From an uncultured Candidatus Nemicrothrix sp. (GTDB lineage: Bacteria; Actinomycetota; Acidimicrobiia; Acidimicrobiales; MedAcidi-G1), in assembly GCA_964456295.1 (NCBI GenBank), contig CAYWBE010000001.1, positions 1 through 62,182 of the forward strand: 62,182 nt of DNA, written 5' to 3'. The notes under the pieces are model-generated. The model searched no databases and was not told where the DNA came from. It worked only from the letters and a program-made list of their open reading frames with translations. Positions 35,523 to 43,613 of this stretch are shown piece by piece (position 1 is the stretch's first letter; each line of letters starts with the position of its first letter). A program made the position numbers and the translations under genes.

Positions 35523-36224
35523 GTGAAGCGCGCACTGGTGGTGGAACACGACGAGGACGGTCCCGTCGAGGGTGTCGGCACACGCCTTGTGGAGCGTGGC
35601 TACGAGCTCGAGGTGTTCCGGGTCATGGAGGAGCGTGACGACCCGGTGTCGACCACCCCGTTCCCCGACCCCACCGACTACGACGTCGTGGTGGTGACCG
35701 GGTCGCCGCAGTCGGTGCTCGACGAGGCCATCGCCTCGTGGCTGGGCCGCGAGGTCGAGATGGTCCGTATCGCCCACGAATCCGACATCCCGGTGCTCGG
35801 TCTGTGCTTCGGCGGACAGGTCCTGTCCGTTGCCCTCGGCGGCACCGTGTCACGCACCGACACCCCGGAGTTCGGTTGGCAGATGATCGAGTCCGACCTC
35901 CCCGACGTGGTGCCGACCGGGCCGTGGTTCGAATGGCACTACGACTGCTTCACCGTGCCCGAGGGTGCCGTCGAGGTGGCCCGCAACGCCGTGTCCCCCC
36001 AGGTGTTCCGCATCGGGCGCAGCGTGGGCACCCAGTTCCATCCCGAGATCACGCCCCGCCTGGCCCAGTTCTGGATCGAGGGGGGCGGCGCCGAGGACCT
36101 TCGCCGACACGACGTCGATCCCCGGGCGCTGATCGCCGAGTCGGAGTCCCATGCCGAGGGCAACCGGGTCCGGGCCGACACCCTCGTGGACTGGTTCCTC
36201 GACGGGGACGGGGCCGGCGGCTGA
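35523..36224 (+). CDS. class I glutamine amidotransferase-like protein (COG0518 / GMP-synthase-type GATase domain only)
   Basis: 233 aa. Cys-His-Glu triad contexts VLGLCFGGQ and TQFHPE. Confidence 0.8.
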   Translation: MKRALVVEHDEDGPVEGVGTRLVERGYELEVFRVMEERDDPVSTTPFPDPTDYDVVVVTGSPQSVLDEAIASWLGREVEMVRIAHESDIPVLGLCFGGQVLSVALGGTVSRTDTPEFGWQMIESDLPDVVPTGPWFEWHYDCFTVPEGAVEVARNAVSPQVFRIGRSVGTQFHPEITPRLAQFWIEGGGAEDLRRHDVDPRALIAESESHAEGNRVRADTLVDWFLDGDGAGG

Positions 36225-36248
36225 TCCCCTGGAGGTCGGACCGTGCGG

Positions 36249-37124
36249 TCAGGCCGTCCAGCCGTCGTCGGGGCGACCGAACCACATGTGGACCTGGCCG
36301 GTGCCGGCCGTCGACTGGTACTCGGAGTACCGGACGCCCTTCGCCGTGCAGTCCCGGCCTCCGAGCGCCCCGACCATCATGAGGTAGTGGCCGAACAGGC
36401 CCTCGGGGGCGTGGCGCCGGTAGTCGTCGTAGCCGTCGATCACCGGGGCGTGGGCGCCAGCCTCCCAGGCGGCCACCACGGCCTCGTCGGCGGCCCGGGC
36501 CTCCGGGGTGACCACGTTGGCCGGGTCGGACGACTCGTGGTCGCGGAACTCCCGCAACGGCCAGAAGCGGTGGCTCATACCGCCGGAGCCCAGCAGCACG
36601 ACCCGGCGATCCAACCCGGCGACGGCGTCGGCCAGCATGCGGCCCCACAGGAGGAAGTCCTCGGCGCCAGCCGTGCCGCAGATGCTGGTCGTCAGCCAGC
36701 GCTCGTCGCCCTGCAGGAAGCCCAGCAGGTTGACCGTCGGGTAGTGGATGGGCAGATGGGGGTCGTCGACGGCGGAGATCCAGGTCCCGTGGTCGGGGGC
36801 CGCGTCCGCCAGGGCGTGGGCCAACTCGGGATCGCCGGGGATGTCGTAGGGCATGGCCGACATGCCGCGGGGGAGTTCCTCGGAGGTGTAGTGGCCGGTC
36901 CGACGTTCGTGGGAGGCCACCACCATCTCGATCAGGCTGAACCAGTGGGTGTCGAACACCACGTAGGTGTCGGCGCCCAACGGGTCGAGGCACTCGGATC
37001 GCATCCGGTGGAGGCCGGGGACGAGGTCGATCTCCTCGCCGTCGTTGAGCTCGAGGCGGACCTCCGGCGGCAGCACGATGGGTGGCACGTGCGACACCAC
37101 GGCCGCTCCGACGATCTCACCCAT
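36249..37124 (-). CDS. class III extradiol dioxygenase, LigB family (single subunit)
   Basis: 291 aa. MGEIVGAAVVSHVPPI, FDTHWF and GSGGMSHRFW are LigB-type His motifs. TAGGCT lies 6 nt before the ATG. Confidence 0.8.
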   Translation of the reverse strand: MGEIVGAAVVSHVPPIVLPPEVRLELNDGEEIDLVPGLHRMRSECLDPLGADTYVVFDTHWFSLIEMVVASHERRTGHYTSEELPRGMSAMPYDIPGDPELAHALADAAPDHGTWISAVDDPHLPIHYPTVNLLGFLQGDERWLTTSICGTAGAEDFLLWGRMLADAVAGLDRRVVLLGSGGMSHRFWPLREFRDHESSDPANVVTPEARAADEAVVAAWEAGAHAPVIDGYDDYRRHAPEGLFGHYLMMVGALGGRDCTAKGVRYSEYQSTAGTGQVHMWFGRPDDGWTA

Positions 37125-37140
37125 GTCCGAAGCCTATTCG

Positions 37141-37152
37141 TTTGGTCCCTAA
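37141..37152 (-). promoter_or_regulatory. 12-mer TTAGGGACCAAA (read on the minus strand) 16 nt upstream of the LigB-family gene start
   Basis: The plus strand reads tttggtccctaa. The identical 12-mer lies at the identical spacing at 59995-60006. Confidence 0.5.
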
Positions 37153-37171
37153 TGATTCAAACGCGGCGGGC

Positions 37172-38584
37172 TCAGGCCCTCCTGCGCCCATCGGGCGCCG
37201 GGGACGGCGGGTCGTCCGCGAGGCCGTCCAGCACCGCGGCCACCGCCGCCGCCCGGGTGGTCGGGTTCACGAAGCAGAGCCGCAGCACCGGACGACCCTC
37301 CCACCGGGTGGGCAGGCACAACACGGTTCCCGCCCGGGCGTGGTGGACCGACCAGGCCTCGTAGTCGGCCATCTCCCAGCCCACCCGCTCGAGCAGGACC
37401 ACCGACAGGTCGGGCTCCATGACGAGTTCCAGGTGGTCCCGGGCCCGCACCTCGTCGACCACGGTCCGGGTGGTGGCCAGCACGGTCTCGACGGCCTCGC
37501 GGTACCGGTCGGTGCCGTGGGTGGCCAGGGAGAACCAGAAGGGCAGGCCCCGGGCCCGACGGGTCAGATGGACGGCCAGGTCGGCCGGGTTCCACTCGGC
37601 CCGGTCCACCATCTCCAGGTAGTCGGCGAACTGGGAGTGGGCAGCCATGCCGTGCTCCGGTTCCTGGTACAGCAGCGCGCAGCAGTCGTAGGGGGCGAAC
37701 AGCCACTTGTGGGGGTCGACCACGAAGGAGTCGGCGTGCTCGATGCCGGCGAACAGGTGGGCCACCGACGGGGCGACCAGGGCCGCGCCCCCGTAGGCCC
37801 CGTCCACGTGCAACCACAGGCCCCGTTCCCGACACACGTCGGCCACGCCTGACAGGTCGTCGACCACCCCGGAGTTGGTCGTCCCGGCCGAGGCCACCAC
37901 GGCGAACGCGCCCGACACGCCGTCCGCCTCAGCGGCTGCATCGAGGACGGCTGCCAGGGCGTCACCCGTCATGCGACCCCGTTCGTCCGCCGCCACCTCG
38001 AGCACGTCGCAGTCCATGACCCGGGCCGCGGCACGGACCGAACTGTGGGCGTCACCGGTGGCCGCCAACCGCCACCGACCCGAGGGGCCCGGCCCGAGGC
38101 CCCGGTCCCGGGCCCGCTCCCGGCCGGCCACCAGGGCGCTCAGGTTGCCCATGGTGGCCCCGGAGACGAAGCAGCCGCCGGCCGTGTCGGGCCAGCCGGC
38201 GAGGGCGGCCAGCCAGGCCAGGGCCTGGTTCTCCGCGGCGATGGCCCCCGCTCCGGCCTCCCAGGTCCCGGCGAACATCTCCGCCGCGCTGACCGCCAGG
38301 TCGAAGACGAGCGAGGCCTCGGTGGGCGCGGCGGGTACGTAGGCCAGGTTCATTGGGTTGTCCTGGGCCCGTGTGGCCGGGACCATCACCTGGGTGAAGA
38401 GGCGGAGCGCCTCGTGGCCCCCGATGCCCTCGGGAACCACCGTGTCGCCCAGGTCGGCAGCCAGCTCGTGGGCTGGACGGGCCCGGGCCTGCGGGTCCTG
38501 CCCACCCACGATCCGCCTCCAACTCCAGTCCATGACGGAGCGGAGCAACCGTTCGTCGTGCGGCCAGAACCGCTCGCCGGTCAC
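37172..38584 (-). CDS. group II PLP-dependent decarboxylase (aromatic amino acid / glutamate decarboxylase family)
   Basis: VSGATMGNLSAL, HVDGAYGGAAL and the PLP-lysine context SFVVDPHKWLFAPYDC. The start is set at GTG 38584, a GTGA overlap with the MarR stop. The 1003-aa track ORF extension is antisense to real genes. Confidence 0.87.
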   Translation of the reverse strand: MTGERFWPHDERLLRSVMDWSWRRIVGGQDPQARARPAHELAADLGDTVVPEGIGGHEALRLFTQVMVPATRAQDNPMNLAYVPAAPTEASLVFDLAVSAAEMFAGTWEAGAGAIAAENQALAWLAALAGWPDTAGGCFVSGATMGNLSALVAGRERARDRGLGPGPSGRWRLAATGDAHSSVRAAARVMDCDVLEVAADERGRMTGDALAAVLDAAAEADGVSGAFAVVASAGTTNSGVVDDLSGVADVCRERGLWLHVDGAYGGAALVAPSVAHLFAGIEHADSFVVDPHKWLFAPYDCCALLYQEPEHGMAAHSQFADYLEMVDRAEWNPADLAVHLTRRARGLPFWFSLATHGTDRYREAVETVLATTRTVVDEVRARDHLELVMEPDLSVVLLERVGWEMADYEAWSVHHARAGTVLCLPTRWEGRPVLRLCFVNPTTRAAAVAAVLDGLADDPPSPAPDGRRRA

Positions 38585-39102
38585 CGGTCGTCGAGGTCCT
38601 CGACGGTCCGCAGCACCTTCCGGAGCAGGCGGGCCAGGGCGGCCGTCTCGTCGTCGGTGAGCGCCGACGTGACCTGGGCCTCCTCGCGGTTGAAGGCCGG
38701 CATGACCTCGTCGACCACCCCCATACCCGGCCCTGTCAGGACCACCTCGACCCGTCGGCGGTCGGCGGGGACGGGCCGGCGTTCCACCATGCCCTTTCGC
38801 TCCAGGGTGTCCAGCACCCCGGTCAGGGTGCCTCCGGAGATCCCGGCCTCGGCGGCCAGGTCCCGCGACTCCTGGGGACCCCAGATCCGCAGTACGAACA
38901 GGACCACGAAGGCGCTCCACGACAGGCGGTGGGGACGCAGGACGTCGCGCTCCATGTGGTTGCGGACCGCGGTGGCCGTCCGGAACACGTTGGAGACGGC
39001 GGCGAGCGACAAGAGGTCGAGGTCGAGGCCGGCCATCCGGTCCCGGATGAGCCGTTCGGCCTCGACGAGTTCGTCGTCTCCGGCGGCGAAGGCGCGGGGC
39101 AT
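38581..39102 (-). CDS. MarR-family transcriptional regulator
   Basis: 173 aa. wHTH RPHRLSWSAFVVLFVL...SRDLAAEAGISGGTLTGVLDTLERKGMVERR...DRRR. TAGTGT lies 6 nt before the ATG. Confidence 0.85.
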   Translation of the reverse strand: MPRAFAAGDDELVEAERLIRDRMAGLDLDLLSLAAVSNVFRTATAVRNHMERDVLRPHRLSWSAFVVLFVLRIWGPQESRDLAAEAGISGGTLTGVLDTLERKGMVERRPVPADRRRVEVVLTGPGMGVVDEVMPAFNREEAQVTSALTDDETAALARLLRKVLRTVEDLDDR

Positions 39103-39115
39103 GGACGCACACTAC

Positions 39116-39135
39116 ATTTCGGATCCAAACGAAAT
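39116..39135. promoter_or_regulatory. inverted repeat ATTTCG-N8-CGAAAT in the divergent MarR / GS-like promoter region
   Basis: atttcggatccaaacgaaat. The core ggatccaaacgaa resembles gggaccaaacgaa of the 37.1-kb site. It overlaps the MarR -10 region, which would allow autoregulation. Confidence 0.4.
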
Positions 39136-39184
39136 TCACCCCGGCTCCGACGCCCGTCGGCGGCCACCGACCCCGGAATCGACC

Positions 39185-40498
39185 ATGACCGACCACCGCC
39201 GCATCCGCGTCCTCTGGCCCGACCACCTGGCCCTCCCCCGGGGCAAGTACCTGCCGCCCGACCTGGCCCACCGGGGCACCCGCCACTCCATGTCGGTGTT
39301 CACCCTCCTGTACGACCGCGACCTGATCCCGGCGCCCGGAACCCGCATGCTCGAGGGCTTTCCCGACATGGAGTGCACCATCGACATGGACGGCGTGCGC
39401 GACGGCTGGGAGGAGGGCGTCGGCGTGGTCGTCGGCGACCTCGTCGAGGGCGACGAGCCGGTCCCCTTCGCCCCCCGAAACGTCCTGAAGGACGCCGTGG
39501 CCGCCTGGGAGGCGCTCGGCTACACGTCGAAGGTGGGCATCGAGTACGAGGCGTTCGTGCTGCAACCCGACGGCGAGGGCGGCTGGGACCCCTACGACGT
39601 CCCCGGCTCGTTCGTCTACGGCACCGGGCCGATGAACGACCCGGCGGGCATCGCCGAGGCCATCCACGACGTGGCCGACGCCGTGGGCTTCAGGATGGAG
39701 TCGGTCAACGCCGAGTTCGACGCCGCCCAGTTCGAGTTCACCCTCCGGTACGACGACGCCCTGGCGGCCGCAGACGAGGCGTTCCTGTTCCGGACCATGG
39801 CCCGTGACGTGGCCTACGAGATGGGCCACCTCCTGACCTTCCTCCCCCGCCCCCTCATGGATCGGGGCGGCAACGGCGTGCACGTCAACCTGAGCCTCGT
39901 CGATGGCGACGGGAACAACGCCCTGCTCGACCCGACCGGCGGCGACGGCCTGTCCGACCTGGCCCGCCAGTGCATCGCCGGGCAGCTCCACCACCTGTCG
40001 GCCATGGGCGCGGTGTGCGCCCCCAGCGTCAACTCCTACAAGCGCCTGCGACCCGGCCAGATGTCCGGCTACTGGGCCAACTGGGGGCATGACCACCGGT
40101 GCGCCACCGTCCGGGTCAACCCGGAGCGGGACGACTCGACCCGATTGGAGAACCGGATGCCCGACGCCACGTCGCCCATCCACACCACGGTGGCCGCCGT
40201 GCTGACCGCGGCCCGGCTCGGCGTGGAGGCCGGGCTGGACTGCCCCGATGCGGAGACCGGCGACGCCCTGGAGGAGGCCTGCACCGACCGGTTCGTGGCC
40301 GACTCGCTCGGTGGGGCACTCGAGGCGCTGGCCGCCGACGACGCCTTCGCCGACGCCCTGGGGCGGGGGCTGGTCGACCAGCTGGTGGCCATCAAGGAAG
40401 CCGAGGTGGGCAAGTACGTCGAGGCGGTGGGCGACGAGGCCTCGGCCCGCGACGAGTTCACCGACTGGGAGAAGGCGTTCTACCTGCCGTACCTGTAG
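39185..40498 (+). CDS. glutamine synthetase-family gamma-glutamyl ligase (GS-like, catalytic domain)
   Basis: The start is taken at ATG 39185 (MTDHRRIRVLWPD). NAEFDAAQFEFTL, GNGVHVNLSL, NSYKRL and RLENRMPD are GS catalytic-domain motifs. Confidence 0.85.
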   Translation: MTDHRRIRVLWPDHLALPRGKYLPPDLAHRGTRHSMSVFTLLYDRDLIPAPGTRMLEGFPDMECTIDMDGVRDGWEEGVGVVVGDLVEGDEPVPFAPRNVLKDAVAAWEALGYTSKVGIEYEAFVLQPDGEGGWDPYDVPGSFVYGTGPMNDPAGIAEAIHDVADAVGFRMESVNAEFDAAQFEFTLRYDDALAAADEAFLFRTMARDVAYEMGHLLTFLPRPLMDRGGNGVHVNLSLVDGDGNNALLDPTGGDGLSDLARQCIAGQLHHLSAMGAVCAPSVNSYKRLRPGQMSGYWANWGHDHRCATVRVNPERDDSTRLENRMPDATSPIHTTVAAVLTAARLGVEAGLDCPDAETGDALEEACTDRFVADSLGGALEALAADDAFADALGRGLVDQLVAIKEAEVGKYVEAVGDEASARDEFTDWEKAFYLPYL

Positions 40499-40522
40499 GG
40501 AGCGCCCGCGAGCCGGGATCCC

Positions 40523-41185
40523 TCAGACGGAACCGACGCCCCGACGGATGTGGGCCAGCATCTCGGCCTCGGCCCGGTCCGGGTCGCCGGACAGGACGGC
40601 GTCGGCCAGCAGGCGGTGCTCGTCGACGTCCACCGTCGTGCCGTGCCGGGCCGACTCGGCGAAGGACAGCGCCGCCAGGCCGCGGCCCCAGATGGCGTCG
40701 AAGCAGTCGACGACGACCGGGTTCCCCGCTGCCTCCACCACCGCCCGGTGGAAGTCCCGGTTGGCCCGGTAGGCCTCCGACCCGGGCAGGGCCGTCCCCG
40801 AGGCCTCGGCCAGCCGGTCCAACGCCGCGGTGATCGGTCCGGCCGCCTCGTCGGAACGGGCGGCGACCATCCGGACCGCCCAGCCCTCCACCGGCTCCCG
40901 GGCCTGGTACATGGCCCGCACGTCGTCGATTCCGGGGGTCCGGATGACGAATCCCTTGGTGGCCGCCTCCACCAGGCCGTCGGACTCCATCCGCCGCAGC
41001 GCATCGCGCACCGGCGTCCGGGAGATCCCGAGGTCCTCGGCCAAGCGGTCCATGATGAGCCGGTCGCCGGGACCGAAGCCGCCGTCCAGCACGGCGGCGA
41101 GGATCCTCTCGTACGCCACCTCGGCCAGGCTCGGCGCCCCGGCGCCGATGGGAACCAACGCGGCCGGAACGGTCGCCGGGCTCAT
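40523..41185 (-). CDS. GntR-family regulator (FadR/FCD subfamily)
   Basis: 220 aa. N-terminal wHTH LAEDLGISRTPVRDALRRMESDGLV plus a helical FCD-like C-terminal domain. It is the last gene of the operon. Confidence 0.85.
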   Translation of the reverse strand: MSPATVPAALVPIGAGAPSLAEVAYERILAAVLDGGFGPGDRLIMDRLAEDLGISRTPVRDALRRMESDGLVEAATKGFVIRTPGIDDVRAMYQAREPVEGWAVRMVAARSDEAAGPITAALDRLAEASGTALPGSEAYRANRDFHRAVVEAAGNPVVVDCFDAIWGRGLAALSFAESARHGTTVDVDEHRLLADAVLSGDPDRAEAEMLAHIRRGVGSV

Positions 41186-42408
41186 GAACCCGGCTCCGAC
41201 GGGGGGTCCTCCCGCGGGAGGAACCCGCCCCGACCCTGGGGGAGCTTCATGTCCAGCACCCTCGAGGCCACCACGGTGCGAAGGATCTGGGCCGTGCCTC
41301 CGCCGATGGTGAACATCCGGACGTCCCGGCAGATCCGCTCCATCGGGTTGTTGCGTGAATAGCCGGCGGCCCCGAACAGTTGGAGTGCGTCATTGGCCAC
41401 GTCGATGGCCGTCTCCGAGGTGAACACCTTGGCCTGGGCGGCCATCGACGGGTCCGGGAACGGGCTGCCGTCGGGTCCCCGGGACGCGGCGGCCCTCCAG
41501 GTCAGGCTCCGGGCCGCCTCCAGGCGGATGGCCATGTCGGCCAGCATCCACTGGACGCCCTGGAACTCGGCCACCGGTCGGCCGAACTGCTCCCGATCCT
41601 TCACGAAGGACACGGCCCGGTCGTGGGCGCCGGCGGCCAGGCCGAGGGCCACCGTGCCCGCCCCCACCCGCTGGCTGTTGTAGGCGTTCATGAGCTCGGC
41701 GAACCCGCGCCCGAACCCCGACGGCGGGACCAGCACCATGTCGGGCCCGACCACCATGTCCCGGAGCAGGATCTCCGTCTCCGGGATGCCCCGCAGGCCC
41801 ATGGTCGGCTCTCGGCGACCCACCACCAGGCCCGGGTTCTCGCCCCGGACGGCCAGGAAGCCGCCGATCCCCTCCTCGGTTCCGTCCTCGTCGAAGACCC
41901 GGGCGAAGACCAGGTGGAGGCGGGACACGCCGCCACCGGTGATCCAGTGCTTGCCGCCGTTCAGGACGAACGAGTCGCCACGGCGGTCGGCCCGGGTGGT
42001 CATCTGCGAGGCCGCACTGCCGGCCTCCGGTTCGGTGATGCAGATGGCCGGCTTGTCGCCGTCCAGCACCATGCCGGCGGCCAGCCTCCGTTGGGCATCG
42101 GTGCCGTAGGCCATGACGGCCGAGATGGCACCCATGTTGGCCTCCACGGCGATCCGCCCGGTCACCCCGCACGCACGCGCCATCTCCTCGACGACCAGCA
42201 CGGCGTCCAGGAACGAGTGGCCGGGGCCGCCGTACCCGGCGGGCACCGTCATGCCGGTGAACCCGGCGTCACGGAGCGCCTCGACGACGTCCCACGGGTA
42301 CTCCTCGGTGCGGTCCACCTCGGCGGCCCTGGGGGCCACCACCTCGGCGGCCAGCGCCCTGGCCCGGGCCCGCAGGGCCTCCTGCTCCTCGGTCAGGTGC
42401 CAACTCAC
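41182..42408 (-). CDS. acyl-CoA dehydrogenase
   Basis: 408 aa with ACAD N, middle and C-terminal domains (ITEPEAGSAASQM, KHWITGG, and a C-terminal TIGGGTAQI-type motif). Confidence 0.9.
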   Translation of the reverse strand: MSWHLTEEQEALRARARALAAEVVAPRAAEVDRTEEYPWDVVEALRDAGFTGMTVPAGYGGPGHSFLDAVLVVEEMARACGVTGRIAVEANMGAISAVMAYGTDAQRRLAAGMVLDGDKPAICITEPEAGSAASQMTTRADRRGDSFVLNGGKHWITGGGVSRLHLVFARVFDEDGTEEGIGGFLAVRGENPGLVVGRREPTMGLRGIPETEILLRDMVVGPDMVLVPPSGFGRGFAELMNAYNSQRVGAGTVALGLAAGAHDRAVSFVKDREQFGRPVAEFQGVQWMLADMAIRLEAARSLTWRAAASRGPDGSPFPDPSMAAQAKVFTSETAIDVANDALQLFGAAGYSRNNPMERICRDVRMFTIGGGTAQILRTVVASRVLDMKLPQGRGGFLPREDPPSEPGS

Positions 42409-43613
42409 GATTCGTCCTCCTCGTTCCCGACGCGACCCTCGACCACGTCGGTCCAGCGTTCCAGGATGTCGGCGGCCGACGCCTCGCCCAGCACAGCGCC
42501 CAGGCGGTGGATGGCCCCCGGTGTCTCCAACAGTCGCGGCACCACACCCGGCACGGTCATCGGGCCGATCGTCGGATGCTCGACGGTGACCACCGAGTCG
42601 CGGGCCGCCACCTGCGGGTGGGCCAGGTAGTCACCGACGGTCCGGACCAGGCCGACGGGCACCACGGCACCCTCGCAGCCGGCCACCACGCCGTCGACCG
42701 GGGTGGTGGCCACCCAGTCGCCGACCACCATGTTGACCAACTCCCGGTTGGCGATGCGGGCCGAGTTGGTGGCGAAGCGGTCGTCGTCCAGCAGGTCGGT
42801 GCGCCCCATGACCCCGGCCAGGCGGTCGAACATCCGGTCGTTGGTGCAGGCGATGGTCAGCCACCGGCCGTCGACGGTCCGGTAGTTGCTGTGGGGCACC
42901 GACCGGTGCGTGTCGGGCCCCATCCGGTCGCGCCCGATGCCGGTGGCCGCGTAGAGGGGCACCAGCTCGTCGAGGACGCGGGCGATCCCGTCGTACAGGG
43001 CCACGTCGACCAACTGGCCCCGGCCGCTGGCCTCGCGTGCCTTCAGGGCCAGCATCACCCCGAGGGCCCCGTACAGGCCGGCCACGTAGTCGGCCAGGCC
43101 CGACGAGCCGGTCAGGGCGGGGGCGCCGTCCGGCTCGCCGGTCAGCTCCGCGAACCCGGTGAACGCCTCGGCGATGCGGGCCACGCCGGCCGTGGCGGCC
43201 AGCGGGCCGGTGCGGCCGTAGCCGCTGACCGACAGTTGCACCAGGCCGGGGTTGGAGGCCCGCAGGTCCTCGAAGCCAAGGCCCCACCGCTCCATGGTCC
43301 CCGTCCGGTAGTTCTCGACCAGCACGTCGGCCCGGTCGACCATCGAGCGAAACGCCTCGGCCCCCTCGTCGGTTCGCAGGTCGACCTCGACGCTCTCCTT
43401 GTTCCGGGTGTCGCTCAACCACCACCAGGTGTCGCCCTCAGGACCGGCCGTGCCGAGACGCCGCATGGGGTCGCCCACGCCGGGCTGCTCGACCTTGACG
43501 ACGTCGGCTCCGAACTCGCCGAGGACCGACGCCGCGAACGGTCCAGCCAGGATGGTCGCCGCGTCGACGACCCGCAGGCCGTCGAGGGGACGCACCGACC
43601 CGCCCCCGCTCAC
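42405..43613 (-). CDS. family III CoA-transferase (CaiB/BaiF; the alpha-methylacyl-CoA racemase family belongs here)
   Basis: 402 aa. LRVVDAATILAGPFAASVLGEFGADVVKVE is the family signature. Confidence 0.87.
   Translation of the reverse strand: MSGGGSVRPLDGLRVVDAATILAGPFAASVLGEFGADVVKVEQPGVGDPMRRLGTAGPEGDTWWWLSDTRNKESVEVDLRTDEGAEAFRSMVDRADVLVENYRTGTMERWGLGFEDLRASNPGLVQLSVSGYGRTGPLAATAGVARIAEAFTGFAELTGEPDGAPALTGSSGLADYVAGLYGALGVMLALKAREASGRGQLVDVALYDGIARVLDELVPLYAATGIGRDRMGPDTHRSVPHSNYRTVDGRWLTIACTNDRMFDRLAGVMGRTDLLDDDRFATNSARIANRELVNMVVGDWVATTPVDGVVAGCEGAVVPVGLVRTVGDYLAHPQVAARDSVVTVEHPTIGPMTVPGVVPRLLETPGAIHRLGAVLGEASAADILERWTDVVEGRVGNEEDES

Noticed and set aside
38585-40183. N-terminal 533 codons of the 1003-aa minus-strand ORF 37172..40183
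   Set aside because: This part is antisense to the MarR gene frame and to the GS-like gene and has no decarboxylase homology. The decarboxylase family region begins right at GTG 38584, which overlaps the MarR stop.
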